A DNA stretch of 64,000 nt from Candidatus Tayloriibacteriota bacterium (GTDB taxonomy: Bacteria > Patescibacteriota > Minisyncoccia > Phycocordibacterales > PALSA-1337): assembly GCA_031384385.1 (NCBI GenBank), contig JANNAN010000013.1:6015-70014 (forward strand), in the 5' to 3' direction. The position numbers and the translations under genes are program-made. The notes beneath the pieces are model-generated. The model was given only the letters and a program-made list of their open reading frames with translations, did not search any database and was not told the DNA's origin. Below are positions 31,628-40,596 of the stretch, one piece after another (positions within the stretch are counted from its first letter, which is position 1; every line of letters starts with the position of its first letter).

Positions 31628-32412
31628 CTGAATCTAAAACTCTCAGGGCCAGAGAGTTAGGTATATCTAGAAGTAGTCTGTATTACAAACAAAAGAAACC
31701 AGAGGAAGACTGGAAATTAAAATGTAAAATTGAAGAAATACTCCGAGAACATCCAAGTTATGGTTCTCCACGTATTGCCATAGCTTTAAAACGTAATCAT
31801 AAACCAATTGAAAGAGTGATGAAGCTCTTTGGTATTAAGGCATATCGTAGAAGAGGTAAGAAGTGGAAAAAAACTAAGAACATCAAGGTAGTATACCCAA
31901 ATCTTCTTTTAACAAATCATCCAATGTATGAGAATCATATCTGGGTATCTGACTTTACTTACATCCCATTTCAAGGAAAATTTGTATATGTTGCTACTGT
32001 TGAAGATTTGTTTACAAGAAAAATAGTTGGAGTGGCGGTATATACCACGCATGCTACACAATTGGTATTGTCAGCATTCATGTCTGCAATACATAACAAT
32101 CCTAGACCTCTAATATTCCATTCAGACAATGGAAGTGAGTATGATTCAGATATATTCATACATGCATTAAATACCGTTGGAGTTTCAATATCTAGATCAG
32201 CTCCAGGTTGTCCGTGGGAAAATGGATATCAAGAATCATTCTATGATAAATTTAAAATTGATTTAGGTGATCCTAGTAGATTCAAGACTCTTGGAGAATT
32301 AGTATATGAAATCTATCATCGTATTTATGTTTACAACAATACTAGAATACATACAGCACTTAAAATGTCTCCAGTTCAATTTGCATTAAAAATTCGTCAG
32401 GGATACAATTAA
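31621..32412 (+). CDS. IS3 transposase OrfB (DDE)
   Basis: WVSDFTY, FHSDNGSEY, WENGYQESF, YNNTRIHTAL. Confidence 0.92.
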   Translation: MVTESKTLRARELGISRSSLYYKQKKPEEDWKLKCKIEEILREHPSYGSPRIAIALKRNHKPIERVMKLFGIKAYRRRGKKWKKTKNIKVVYPNLLLTNHPMYENHIWVSDFTYIPFQGKFVYVATVEDLFTRKIVGVAVYTTHATQLVLSAFMSAIHNNPRPLIFHSDNGSEYDSDIFIHALNTVGVSISRSAPGCPWENGYQESFYDKFKIDLGDPSRFKTLGELVYEIYHRIYVYNNTRIHTALKMSPVQFALKIRQGYN

Positions 32413-32453
32413 CTCAATACAAGATTAGTGTCTAAAGAAATGGGGGAGGTACA

Positions 32454-33343
32454 TTCTCTCAAAAGAACTCGCCACACATCTCACGGGTAGACATATTCCC
32501 ATAGAAATATTGCCATTCGATTTCAAAGAGATTTTGAAAGCTAAGCAGTATGAATATTCAGCAGACAAAATGTTGTTACCCGAGGAAAAAGCTAAACTTC
32601 AGGGATACATAACTCAATACATGACAAATGGCGGCTTTCCAGAAGTTGTCACAAAAGATGTTGAACCTCGTGGCTATCTTGATGTACTCTTTGATGCAGT
32701 GCTTTTCAAAGATGTCATAAAGCGTCACAAGGTCCGCTTCTCAAAACAGATAGACAATCTTGGATCGTATTTGATAAATAATGTTTCAAGTCAGTACACT
32801 GCTAGAAAACTTGCTAGCGTTCTCACATTCAAGAGTGACGTTACTGTGGCAAAATACCTTGATTATTTGATTGAGGCATACCTAGTTTTCTCCTTGGATC
32901 GTCATTCGACCAAAGCTACTATGAGATTACAGCTGCCAAAGAAAACCTATGTGGTAGATAACGGCCTCGTTACTGCCAAGGCGGTTCAGCATTCTCCTAA
33001 TAGTGGTAAGCTAATGGAGAATCTCGTATTTATGGAACTTGTAAAAAGAGGACATCAGCCAAACCGTGAATTGTTCTACTACAGGACTCGTAACGATCGA
33101 GAGATAGATTTTGTACTTAAAAAAGGGCATGAGGTGGTCGAACTGCTACAGGTTTCCTATGATTCTACTAGCCAGGATGTTGAGGAGAGAGAAGTAAAGG
33201 CACTAGTTGAGGCAGCTGAGGAATTGAAAGTCACGAAGCTCACTGTACTCACTTGGAATGAAAAGAGGGAAATGAAGAAGGACGGAATGACGATACAGTT
33301 TATTCCACTTTGGGAATGGCTAACAAATAATTCTAACGAGTAA
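32454..33343 (+). pseudogene. 5'-truncated AAA+ ATPase with C-terminal DUF4143 domain
   Basis: Frame reads SKELATHLTGRHIPIEILPF right after the IS end; GGFPE, KTYVVDNG, LMENLVF, EIDFV; Walker A/B absent. Confidence 0.8.
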
Positions 33344-33347
33344 AATT

Positions 33348-33878
33348 ATGGTAGGGATTATTTTTGAAGCACATGGCACGACATTTGATAACGAAGCACA
33401 CCTTGCCTCTGGTCACTTTGATGTCGAACTTTCTCCTCTCGGTATTAAACAGTCTCAAGAAATGGGAGAAAGGTACAAAGATGAGCACTTTGAGATAATT
33501 TTCTGCTCGGATTTGCAAAGATCATATAAAAGTGCGGAGATTGCATTCGGCAATAGGTTTCCGATTGTGAAAGATGCACGATTGCGAGAATGCGACTATG
33601 GTGATTATACTCAACAACCTAGCGAAATAGTTGATCGACAAAAACCACAGAGAATTCATGAACCCTTTCCTAAAGGAGAAAGCTATGAGCAAACTACAGA
33701 AAGGATGAAGGCATTTCTCGAGGATCTTAGGAAGAAATGTGAAAACAGGAGAGTTATGATTATAGGTCATAGAGCCACTCAGTACGCACTCGAAAATCTT
33801 ATAAAGGGTGTTCCACTCGAAGAAATTATTCCTGCACCATGGAAATGGCAGCCGGGATGGAAGTATGAGTTGGAGTAA
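33348..33878 (+). CDS. Histidine phosphatase family protein
   Basis: EAHG (RHG variant), SDLQRS, LRECDYG, GES, IGH. Confidence 0.85.
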   Translation: MVGIIFEAHGTTFDNEAHLASGHFDVELSPLGIKQSQEMGERYKDEHFEIIFCSDLQRSYKSAEIAFGNRFPIVKDARLRECDYGDYTQQPSEIVDRQKPQRIHEPFPKGESYEQTTERMKAFLEDLRKKCENRRVMIIGHRATQYALENLIKGVPLEEIIPAPWKWQPGWKYELE

Positions 33879-33888
33879 GTATTAAAAT

Positions 33889-34278
33889 ATGGAAAAGAAA
33901 TTCAAACATTTAGAATTTATCCAGTCAGTCATTAATAGAATGACAAACAATTCTTTTTTACTGAAAGGTTGGTGTTTGAGTATAATTGGAGCAATTTTTG
34001 CACTTAGAGGTGGAAATTCCTCAACCAGCATACTTCCACTCTTTGTAATTATGTTTTGGCTTCTAGATAGTTATTATCTTTCTCAGGAGAGACTATTTAT
34101 TGCTTTATATAACGACGTCGTTCCTAGATCAGAGGATAAAATCGATTTCTTAATGCATACAAAAAAGTTTTGTAGAGGAAGAAACACATGGTGGAGATCA
34201 TTTTTTTCTCATACCCCTGTGATTTTCTACGGATTTATTTTGATCGTAATCATATTTATTAATTCTAATTCTATATAG
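33889..34278 (+). CDS. Small multi-TM protein, putative effector of the adjacent TIR protein
   Basis: HLEFIQSVINRM..NSFLLKGW, FWLLDSYYLSQERLF; three hydrophobic segments; 4 bp from TIR gene. Confidence 0.65.
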   Translation: MEKKFKHLEFIQSVINRMTNNSFLLKGWCLSIIGAIFALRGGNSSTSILPLFVIMFWLLDSYYLSQERLFIALYNDVVPRSEDKIDFLMHTKKFCRGRNTWWRSFFSHTPVIFYGFILIVIIFINSNSI

Positions 34279-34282
34279 ATTT

Positions 34283-34768
34283 ATGGCAAGAAAAGTATTT
34301 TTTAGTTTTCATCATCAGGGCGACATATTGAGGGTAGGGCAGATTCGTAATAGCTGGCTTCTTAGAGATGAGCGCGAGGATCTGGGCTTCGTAGATGCGG
34401 CAGCATGGGAATCAATTAAAAGAAATGGTGATGAGGCTATAAAGCGATGGATCGATACTCAATTAAGTGGAACATCTGTTACGGTTGTGTTGATTGGACA
34501 AGAAACTGCTAGTAGACCGTGGGTCATTCATGAGATCATTGAGAGTCATAATAAAGGAAATGGGCTTTTGGGTATAAGAATACATAATGTTAAAGATTTG
34601 CACGGTCGCTACTCACTCCAAGGATCTAACCCGTTCGATCAAGTAAGTATCACTTCTACAGGTAAATCCTTGTCTCAAATTTACCCTGTCTATGACTGGG
34701 TAACAAACAATGGACGTGAAAATATGCCTATTTGGATAGAAGAAGCTGCACGAAAAGCGAGCAGATAA
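34283..34768 (+). CDS. TIR-domain protein (ThsB/MTH538-like)
   Basis: RKVFFSFH, IKRWIDTQLSGTSVTVVLIG.ETASRPWVIHEI (catalytic Glu), YDWV. Confidence 0.88.
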   Translation: MARKVFFSFHHQGDILRVGQIRNSWLLRDEREDLGFVDAAAWESIKRNGDEAIKRWIDTQLSGTSVTVVLIGQETASRPWVIHEIIESHNKGNGLLGIRIHNVKDLHGRYSLQGSNPFDQVSITSTGKSLSQIYPVYDWVTNNGRENMPIWIEEAARKASR

Positions 34769-35287
34769 TTATTGTTGATTTAATGATTCAGCTATAGGTA
34801 CAAACCTCCACTTCTGGTTTTGATAGGATTTTATCCCATCCTTATTTACAAAATCGAGCATTGTTTCGAGCTCGTGAACACTAAAGGGATATTTAAAACC
34901 TTGCTTATCGAAGCAAGTATATTTGTCATTCCAACCCTTCTCAATAATAAATGAATGTGCCATCTCACCAGTTTCCGCATCAAGAATTTGACCGACATAG
35001 AATTTCCCAGGCTCACAGTTCATGGCTGCAAGCGAGTATAAGGATTTGATATCCCCAACAAGAGTAAATGGTGCACCTGAAGTGTCCCGTACCTTTTCGC
35101 CAAAAGTAAAATCAAGTCCAGCATCCTTTTGTGCTTGTGAATCCGAAATCATTTCTTCCCATGAGATGCGTCTGATCACATATAGAACAAATTTATGACA
35201 ATTAACATTTTTTATCTTATCATTCGAAACAGGAGGGATAGTATTCCAGTTGCCCGCATCATCTTTTGTTAGAAATTTATCTTTCAT
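34769..35287 (-). CDS. Hypothetical protein
   Basis: 172-aa ORF with NCH...HSF...FDK pattern, possibly a Cys-His-Asp triad. Confidence 0.6.
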   Translation of the reverse strand: MKDKFLTKDDAGNWNTIPPVSNDKIKNVNCHKFVLYVIRRISWEEMISDSQAQKDAGLDFTFGEKVRDTSGAPFTLVGDIKSLYSLAAMNCEPGKFYVGQILDAETGEMAHSFIIEKGWNDKYTCFDKQGFKYPFSVHELETMLDFVNKDGIKSYQNQKWRFVPIAESLNQQ

Positions 35288-35333
35288 ATTGATTATAATA
35301 TTACCACATTGACACACTTGAGTAGAAATTAAT

Positions 35334-35362
35334 CAAACAAAAAAGCGTTGGTCAGACGCTTT
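35334..35362 (-). terminator. Intrinsic terminator closing the cassette array
   Basis: Minus strand aaagcgt-ctgacca-acgcttt followed by tttgtttg. Confidence 0.75.
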
Positions 35363-35386
35363 GAAATTTTATGACCTGAGGAACTG

Positions 35387-35986
35387 CTATTTAGATTCCT
35401 CGTGAAGCTCGTCCATCTTTTTGTGGATTTCCTGAGCTTCCTTCAGGGTGATGACAAACGGATCGTCACTTTTCTCCGGCAATTCCAACTCGGAGATACC
35501 CGCACCGAGAAAACAATACTCATTTTCTTTCTGATCATAAGTCTCCCCAGGATCTAGTATCGTTCTCCCATGCCTCTTGATCGGTGTGCGCGTAGTCTGT
35601 CCACGCAGACTCCCCATCTTTTCCACCACCTCAAGTCGCAACTTCTCGATCTTACCTCGCACTTGTGCGACCCTCATCTTTTCGACCGTTTCCGCTGTGG
35701 GTATGTCGGTTTCCTTTTCGGGAAACAAACGGGGATCTACCGACCGAAGGATGGAGAGCAGATCGGTGAGGGATCGGTAGGTGACATACTCGTCAGTACC
35801 GAACTCTCCCGACTTCTTATTGGCTGTGGGATCGACTTTCACAGTGACTGCGTAGTCATCGTGAGAAGGGTCAAACCTTGACTCCTGAACCGTGACCCAG
35901 CGAGGATTTGTGATTTTCCTTACTGCATCATGGAAGTTGCCGATTGCACCGCTTGGGACACCTGCGATTTTCAATGTGATAACCAT
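35387..35986 (-). CDS. Hypothetical array protein (199 aa)
   Basis: AAGGTAGG upstream; last cassette. Confidence 0.7.
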   Translation of the reverse strand: MVITLKIAGVPSGAIGNFHDAVRKITNPRWVTVQESRFDPSHDDYAVTVKVDPTANKKSGEFGTDEYVTYRSLTDLLSILRSVDPRLFPEKETDIPTAETVEKMRVAQVRGKIEKLRLEVVEKMGSLRGQTTRTPIKRHGRTILDPGETYDQKENEYCFLGAGISELELPEKSDDPFVITLKEAQEIHKKMDELHEESK

Positions 35987-36045
35987 ACAAACCTACCTTT
36001 CTTTTTTGCATACGCACCGCGTATCGCAAATACTTACACCGTAAG

Positions 36046-36118
36046 TTCCGATTTCGTCCTCGTTCTCTACCACAAGGCAGAGGGACTCATCAGCGAGAAT
36101 AACATTCTCGGATCGAAA
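36046..36118 (-). ncRNA. Type III hammerhead ribozyme HH1
   Basis: uuucgAUC|cgagaa-uguua-uucucg-CUGAUGA-gucc-[23 nt]-ggac-GAAA-ucggaa; predicted cut 36111/36110. Confidence 0.9.
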
Positions 36119-36124
36119 AGGTTT

Positions 36125-36547
36125 TTAGAGAACCTTTGAAACTCTTGATACCGCTACTATGCCAACGAATACGCACCAAATGGCAAGAAAGACGAAACAG
36201 AGTAGCACGACCGTTTTGCTTCTTCCATCGCCATATGCACAGTACAAGTCTGATCTTAGACCAGCTTCTTCATACATATAGAAGAATGAGCAGAAGATTA
36301 TCCACAGAAATGCAAATGATGCTGTCGTTGATACCATACCGTTGGTGATAAGCACGATCGTTCCAATGGGTATGAACCAAGAGGACCAGCTAATGACACC
36401 ATCGTACGGCAGAAGGTGATAGAGCATCCAAGCAGTTGCGCCTCGCCTTGGGTCCCACAGTACATTGCTGTACTTGCGGGAGTACTGATACAAACACCAC
36501 CATGTAACTGACAGTGTCCAAAGCAGAATAATAATCGTAATTTTCAC
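36125..36547 (-). CDS. Hypothetical multi-TM membrane protein
   Basis: GTG start 6 nt after AAGGAG; four hydrophobic segments. Confidence 0.65.
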   Translation of the reverse strand: MKITIIILLWTLSVTWWCLYQYSRKYSNVLWDPRRGATAWMLYHLLPYDGVISWSSWFIPIGTIVLITNGMVSTTASFAFLWIIFCSFFYMYEEAGLRSDLYCAYGDGRSKTVVLLCFVFLAIWCVFVGIVAVSRVSKVL

Positions 36548-36627
36548 AAAGAACTCCTTTCTCAAAGAATCCACGACTTCATGTCATGAACTCTATAAAG
36601 TGGACATTTGAGGAAAATGTCCGAACC
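36541..36627 (-). repeat. Intergenic hairpin element H0 plus boxA-like
   Basis: Hairpin A, then ACUUUAUA-GAGUUCAUGAC-AUGAA-GUCGUGGAUUC-UUUGAGA, then GUUCUUU. Confidence 0.75.
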
Positions 36628-36637
36628 CCCGATTTGC

Positions 36638-37495
36638 CTAACTGTTGACAGCCTCGAGGAGCTTGTTCCAGTCTTTCGCGCCGGAAGGCGTGGAGCAATG
36701 ATTGGTGCATACCACCTTGACGTCACCCTTGGCAAAGCCGCGGAGACCATCGAAGGCGAATACGAACGGATCATCGTGATGGTTGCCGGCAGTGATAATG
36801 CCGATCTTCTTCACACCTTTTTGAATGGCGTGGAGCGCGATGATGGGTCCGTAAGGCATGACACCCTGACAGTTAACCATTGCCTGACCTCTCGGTCCCA
36901 TGCAAGCATAACCACCCTTGGGAATCATGCAGTCGGTGAGGACTACTTCCGGCTGTCGTTCAAGTGCGTCGAGCGCCTGATCGAATCCAGAAACGATTGT
37001 GAGATCGTATACTCCAAGAAGCTCCTTCGCCGAGGCGATATTTGCCGGATCATCTTCCACTACGAGAATGCGAGTCTTACCCGCAGTTCCGATGGCTTGA
37101 ACGATCACGTCATCCCTCCAATCATTGAAGGGTATCACGCCGGTCTTGTGAACGGCAACTTCACGGACACCTTCCATGAGTTGAGCGAAGATTTTCGCCT
37201 TGCTCGACTTTTGCAGTCTTCGAGCAATTGAAGCCGAGGCTTCATGAGGATCGATGGTCTTGTACCAGTCGTTTCCCTCTGGATGCGTCCAAGCGTCGAG
37301 GAGAATGACGTCGGCGTCAACAGCTTCCTTGATGAAAGCCTCAGCGTGATCTCCATGGAGATATCCGCCGAAGCCGACATAGGTGAGCTTCTGACCAGTC
37401 TTCTCTTCGAGATCCCGATGAACGACACCGCCTGGTCCATACAAAGGATCATTGGTGCCGTGATTTGCCATGCAATGAAGCAGAATCTTTTTCAT
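36638..37495 (-). CDS. Receiver-domain-like protein (degenerate N-terminal plus C-terminal REC)
   Basis: ADVILLD in the N half; RILVVEDD...EVVLTDCMIP...GIITAG in the C half. Confidence 0.7.
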   Translation of the reverse strand: MKKILLHCMANHGTNDPLYGPGGVVHRDLEEKTGQKLTYVGFGGYLHGDHAEAFIKEAVDADVILLDAWTHPEGNDWYKTIDPHEASASIARRLQKSSKAKIFAQLMEGVREVAVHKTGVIPFNDWRDDVIVQAIGTAGKTRILVVEDDPANIASAKELLGVYDLTIVSGFDQALDALERQPEVVLTDCMIPKGGYACMGPRGQAMVNCQGVMPYGPIIALHAIQKGVKKIGIITAGNHHDDPFVFAFDGLRGFAKGDVKVVCTNHCSTPSGAKDWNKLLEAVNS

Positions 37496-37520
37496 TCGTT
37501 TCTCTTTCGTTGTTGATTGT

Positions 37521-37602
37521 TATGTAAAGAACTGAACTCTCAGGGTTCGCGACATCAGTCGTAAACCCAGTTGAGTCCCTGTAACCATTGCTAGTCACAG
37601 GG
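37521..37602 (-). repeat. Intergenic hairpin element H1 plus boxA-like
   Basis: ACUCAACU-GGGUUUACGAC-UGAU-GUCGCGAACCC-UGAGAGU-UCAGUUCUUUAC. Confidence 0.8.
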
Positions 37603-37623
37603 GTTGAGTGAGATTTCAGGTAC

Positions 37624-37983
37624 TCACTTCATAAACTCGAAATGGATCTCAGTGATCCAGTCGAAATCGAATTTAACCTCGCGTACAGTCAAACCCATTT
37701 TTGCCGCCTCCTGTTGGAGGATTTCTTCGGCATGTTTAAGTTTCTCAGCCTTGCCATTTCCTCGCAAGTACGCCGGAAAGACGATCTTTCCAGAGGTATT
37801 GAGGAAGCGTTCACACTCAGGTTTCTCGGCGAAAATGAGAAACTGATGATTCCAACCGAAGTACGCATACAGGTTGGTTGTGAGTGACGGCTGTGCTGGT
37901 CTCGGACGTTTGTCGAGCATCCTGTGGCACCTTTCGGTAACTTGCAACAGGTCATGATCTTGAAGTGCGCTTGCGTCTACCAT
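37624..37983 (-). CDS. Hypothetical array protein
   Basis: AGGAG before ATG 37983. Confidence 0.7.
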   Translation of the reverse strand: MVDASALQDHDLLQVTERCHRMLDKRPRPAQPSLTTNLYAYFGWNHQFLIFAEKPECERFLNTSGKIVFPAYLRGNGKAEKLKHAEEILQQEAAKMGLTVREVKFDFDWITEIHFEFMK

Positions 37984-38011
37984 AGTTTTTATCTCCTGGT
38001 TTGATTGTTGA

Positions 38012-38095
38012 TGTAAAGAACTACTGAACTCTATAGATTCACAACACATTCGTTATGAATCTAATAAAGTCGGGGAGGTTTTTGAAGTCTCCTCG
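38012..38095 (-). repeat. Intergenic hairpin element H2 plus boxA-like
   Basis: ACUUUAUU-AGAUUCAUAAC-GAAUGU-GUUGUGAAUCU-AUAGAGU-UCAGUAGUUCUUUAC. Confidence 0.8.
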
Positions 38096-38148
38096 ATTTT
38101 GAAAGTTTTAGACTTGCGTCACCGTTACTTCACGGAGTGGGTTGACCA

Positions 38149-38361
38149 CTATTTTGTTTCGGTCTTCTCCACAATCACCATTGCGACATGATAGGTATGC
38201 ATTGCGCATGGCATCTGGAGTGGCTCCCGCATCTCACCCCAAGGGGCGATTGCGTAGGACGACGAAACAACCTTCCAGCCCGGCCCAAGTTTCTCAAGTT
38301 CTTCATTGAGTTCGGGCTCAGGTGTTGCATTCATCGTTTTAACGATAATGGTTTTCAACAT
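38149..38361 (-). CDS. Hypothetical array protein (70 aa)
   Basis: MLKTIIVKTMN...LNEELEKLGPGWKVVS. Confidence 0.65.
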   Translation of the reverse strand: MLKTIIVKTMNATPEPELNEELEKLGPGWKVVSSSYAIAPWGEMREPLQMPCAMHTYHVAMVIVEKTETK

Positions 38362-38421
38362 AAGAATAGTCTTTCTGTACTGGTGTATTGTTTCGGCACA
38401 CCTACTTGAAGCCGTTTTATA

Positions 38422-38505
38422 TTCCAAAGAACTGAACTCTGAGAGCTCACAACGGATTTGTTGCGAACTCAGTAAAGTGCTCATTTTAGGTGAATGAGCA
38501 AAACC
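38422..38505 (-). repeat. Intergenic hairpin element H3 plus boxA-like
   Basis: ACUUUACU-GAGUUCGCAAC-AAAUCC-GUUGUGAGCUC-UCAGAGU-UCAGUUCUUUGG. Confidence 0.8.
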
Positions 38506-38517
38506 GAATCGAGCAAA

Positions 38518-38925
38518 CTACTGAACCTTTCTCCAGCACAGAGCCGGATGTTCGCTCGGGCCACCACCGTGGTCGAGGTGATAGAAACATAGACCATCAT
38601 TCTGGTTGGCCAAGCCGAGGCTCTTCATTCGCCTGGCGTGCCTGCCGAGGTAGTATCCGATCCTATCGTTCATGTTTTCACGACAGTCATACAAAGTGAT
38701 CCATCCTTTGTACTTTCGGAACTCCTTGTGTTTGAAGATGCTCACATCCCGGATCTGCGCGGGGATGTGACCGGCAGCGTCGGATGCTTCCTTGGCATCA
38801 CGATGCGTTGACCGATCTAGGCCAGCCTTCGCTTTGAACTCTACGAGATAGTATTCCATACCATCGTGAGTGAAAAGCGTAGGTTGCGGAATTGCGGTGA
38901 ACTTCAGACTTTGCGTCGCATTCAT
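38518..38925 (-). CDS. Hypothetical array protein (135 aa)
   Basis: ORF fills the space between HH2 and H3. Confidence 0.7.
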   Translation of the reverse strand: MNATQSLKFTAIPQPTLFTHDGMEYYLVEFKAKAGLDRSTHRDAKEASDAAGHIPAQIRDVSIFKHKEFRKYKGWITLYDCRENMNDRIGYYLGRHARRMKSLGLANQNDGLCFYHLDHGGGPSEHPALCWRKVQ

Positions 38926-38982
38926 TATTTCGTTTCTTTCTTGGTTGAGTTTGTTTGTGATTACTAAATTTGAAAGAGCTTT

Positions 38983-39029
38983 CTGTTTCGTCCTTCTGGA
39001 CTCATCAGTCGGAATACATTCCGAGACAG
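38983..39029 (-). ncRNA. Type III hammerhead ribozyme HH2
   Basis: cuGUC|ucggaa-ugua-uuccga-CUGAUGA-gucc-agaa-ggac-GAAA-cag; predicted cut 39025/39024. Confidence 0.95.
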
Positions 39030-39099
39030 TCGGTCAGTAAAAATTTACCGACCATTCACACAATTTTTAGGTAGTGTGCGTACCTCTATGTGGTAGAAC

Positions 39100-39390
39100 T
39101 TATTTTCCTTTTGATTCGACCAGGGAAACGTAATTTTGAATCCCTTGTTTAACCAATTCTTCAATAAGTACCACCAACGGGCATGGATGATACTTTTCAG
39201 TATCCAATGCCATTGTTGCTTCCACAAACGCAACTGCGTCTGTGAATTTGTAACCTTCATCAGTTGGGACAATGAAGATCGTTTCTCTAACTTCCTCTCC
39301 AGCGATACTGGAGCCGTCATCAAACTCTCCTCGAGTTGGGCGGAAGCACAAGCTCACCCGACCTTCCTCGTTCACACGCAATCCCATCAT
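39100..39390 (-). CDS. Hypothetical array protein (96 aa)
   Basis: ORF between HH3 and HH2, start MMGLRVNEEG. Confidence 0.6.
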   Translation of the reverse strand: MMGLRVNEEGRVSLCFRPTRGEFDDGSSIAGEEVRETIFIVPTDEGYKFTDAVAFVEATMALDTEKYHPCPLVVLIEELVKQGIQNYVSLVESKGK

Positions 39391-39416
39391 ATATATAAAG
39401 AGCAGTCGTTGTTGTG

Positions 39417-39493
39417 TTCTGTTTCGTCCTTCACCTTGGCTTCGTCTGAAGCACAAGGGGACTCATCAGTACAGATTATATCTGTAGACAGAA
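39417..39493 (-). ncRNA. Type III hammerhead ribozyme HH3 (extended stem II)
   Basis: uucuGUC|uacaga-uauaa-ucugua-CUGAUGA-gucc-[extended hairpin]-ggac-GAAA-cagaa; predicted cut 39487/39486. Confidence 0.93.
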
Positions 39494-39556
39494 GGGGCTA
39501 GATTTAAATCTTGCCCCATTTTATGACAATTCTTGAGCAGGTAGTCATCATACCTT

Positions 39557-39633
39557 CTAGCACTGCATGCCAGCCTCACCATTTCAAACGGTGACATTCA
39601 CACTCTTCTGTAACAAAGGTTAGAGTGATCCTT
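39557..39633 (-). ncRNA. Unassigned three-hairpin RNA motif X1
   Basis: Near-duplicate of 41187-41263 with conserved stems and variable loops. Confidence 0.6.
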
Positions 39634-39651
39634 TGGTAGTCTTTCCTACAG

Positions 39652-40017
39652 TCAGATGCCGCAGAGCGAACGTATCTTGCAAATTTCCCTCAATGTCTGT
39701 TGACGTCCCGGAAGTCCATTCTCAACCCATCCTCCAAATTGCTTCAGAGTGGTGAGAATTTCTTCCCGAGTGCCAGGTTCCCCGATACAAATGGGGATGA
39801 ACTGACGTTTGTCTTCAGACTTAGCGAGGAACTTGCAAGCGATCGGTATTGAGGATTTCACCTGAACCACGGGGATGGTGTTGTCATTGGTAGTGACATC
39901 CAATCCGTGATCATTGAAACCTCCGATTACCTGTACGCCAAATACTTTGGCGTACGCTTTCTCTAGCTCGGCACCGACGAATTCCTTCGTCACTCCCATG
40001 GTTTTCATAGAGTTCAT
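39652..40017 (-). CDS. Hypothetical protein, possible PD-(D/E)XK fold
   Basis: ELE...HGLDV...VVQVKSS pattern. Confidence 0.6.
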   Translation of the reverse strand: MNSMKTMGVTKEFVGAELEKAYAKVFGVQVIGGFNDHGLDVTTNDNTIPVVQVKSSIPIACKFLAKSEDKRQFIPICIGEPGTREEILTTLKQFGGWVENGLPGRQQTLREICKIRSLCGI

Positions 40018-40064
40018 AATATTATGAGATGTGGTACCGAGTTAGGCACCGTTGTTGTTTACTG

Positions 40065-40328
40065 TTATCCGTAGGTGACCGATGACTGTCGCAGAGATCG
40101 AATGAGAACAGGGAAGATGAGTAACGGATGCTTAAGCATGAATTTTGCTTTTTCTTTGCCTTGAAGGTGTCGAGCTGCGATGAGAAGAACAACTTCTCGG
40201 CTCATCGCTTCTTGACCCTCCACCTTGCATTCCGTAAATATCTTCTGAGCCTTTTCGTCTCCTTGGTGTCGCCTGACGCGATCCAGAATATCAGTAAGTA
40301 ACATTTGGTATTTCGTGTTGTTTTTCAC
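40065..40328 (-). CDS. Hypothetical array protein
   Basis: GTG start at 40328 (alternative ATG at 40304). Confidence 0.6.
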   Translation of the reverse strand: MKNNTKYQMLLTDILDRVRRHQGDEKAQKIFTECKVEGQEAMSREVVLLIAARHLQGKEKAKFMLKHPLLIFPVLIRSLRQSSVTYG

Positions 40329-40391
40329 AAAGAGCTTTCCTCAATGAATCCACCAGGTCCAGCACACGCTGGCTGACGGACTCAATAAAGG
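40326..40391 (-). repeat. Intergenic hairpin element H4 (extended apex) plus boxA-like
   Basis: CCUUUAUU-GAGUCCGUCAG...CUGGUGGAUUC-AUUGAGG-AAAGCUCUUU. Confidence 0.7.
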
Positions 40392-40420
40392 ACTTTTTTC
40401 AATACTTCTACGATGTTACT

Positions 40421-40449
40421 ATTATAGCATAGTATATACTACTTGTCCA
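40421..40449 (-). promoter_or_regulatory. Internal sigma70 promoter
   Basis: TGGACA-17 nt-TATAAT with extended -10 TG. Confidence 0.75.
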
Positions 40450-40496
40450 GTGTATTGTTAAATATAATGAACAGGGAAGTATGGCTTATTTTAAGG

Positions 40497-40546
40497 CTGC
40501 TTTCGTCGTTTTCGACTCATCAGTCTGGACAATATCCAGAGAGCAG
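40497..40546 (-). ncRNA. Type III hammerhead ribozyme HH4
   Basis: cugCUC|ucugga-uauug-uccaga-CUGAUGA-gucg-aaaa-cgac-GAAA-gcag; predicted cut 40541/40540. Confidence 0.94.
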
Positions 40547-40596
40547 AGGTTGATTCCGTACAATCAACCTGATTAATGTGAATGCGGTTCGGCGCA

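Larger units (their letters stand above)
31301..32453 (+). mobile_element. IS3-family insertion sequence
   Basis: TG...CA ends with imperfect ~37 bp inverted repeats (tggccctccccccaaatttaatacaccaatcttgtat / tgtacctcccccatttctttagacactaatcttgtat); orfA+orfB with A7G slippery site at 31611-31618; no target duplication. Confidence 0.92.

Noticed and set aside
36608-37231. 207-aa plus-strand ORF and other plus-strand ORFs across 35500-45300
   Set aside because: They are antisense shadows of minus-strand genes that have RBSs and fit the cassette grammar.
39621-39631. GGAUCAC in motif X resembling the 16S rRNA 3' end
   Set aside because: It is only a 7-nt match without the CUCC anti-SD core, and it is partly within a stem.
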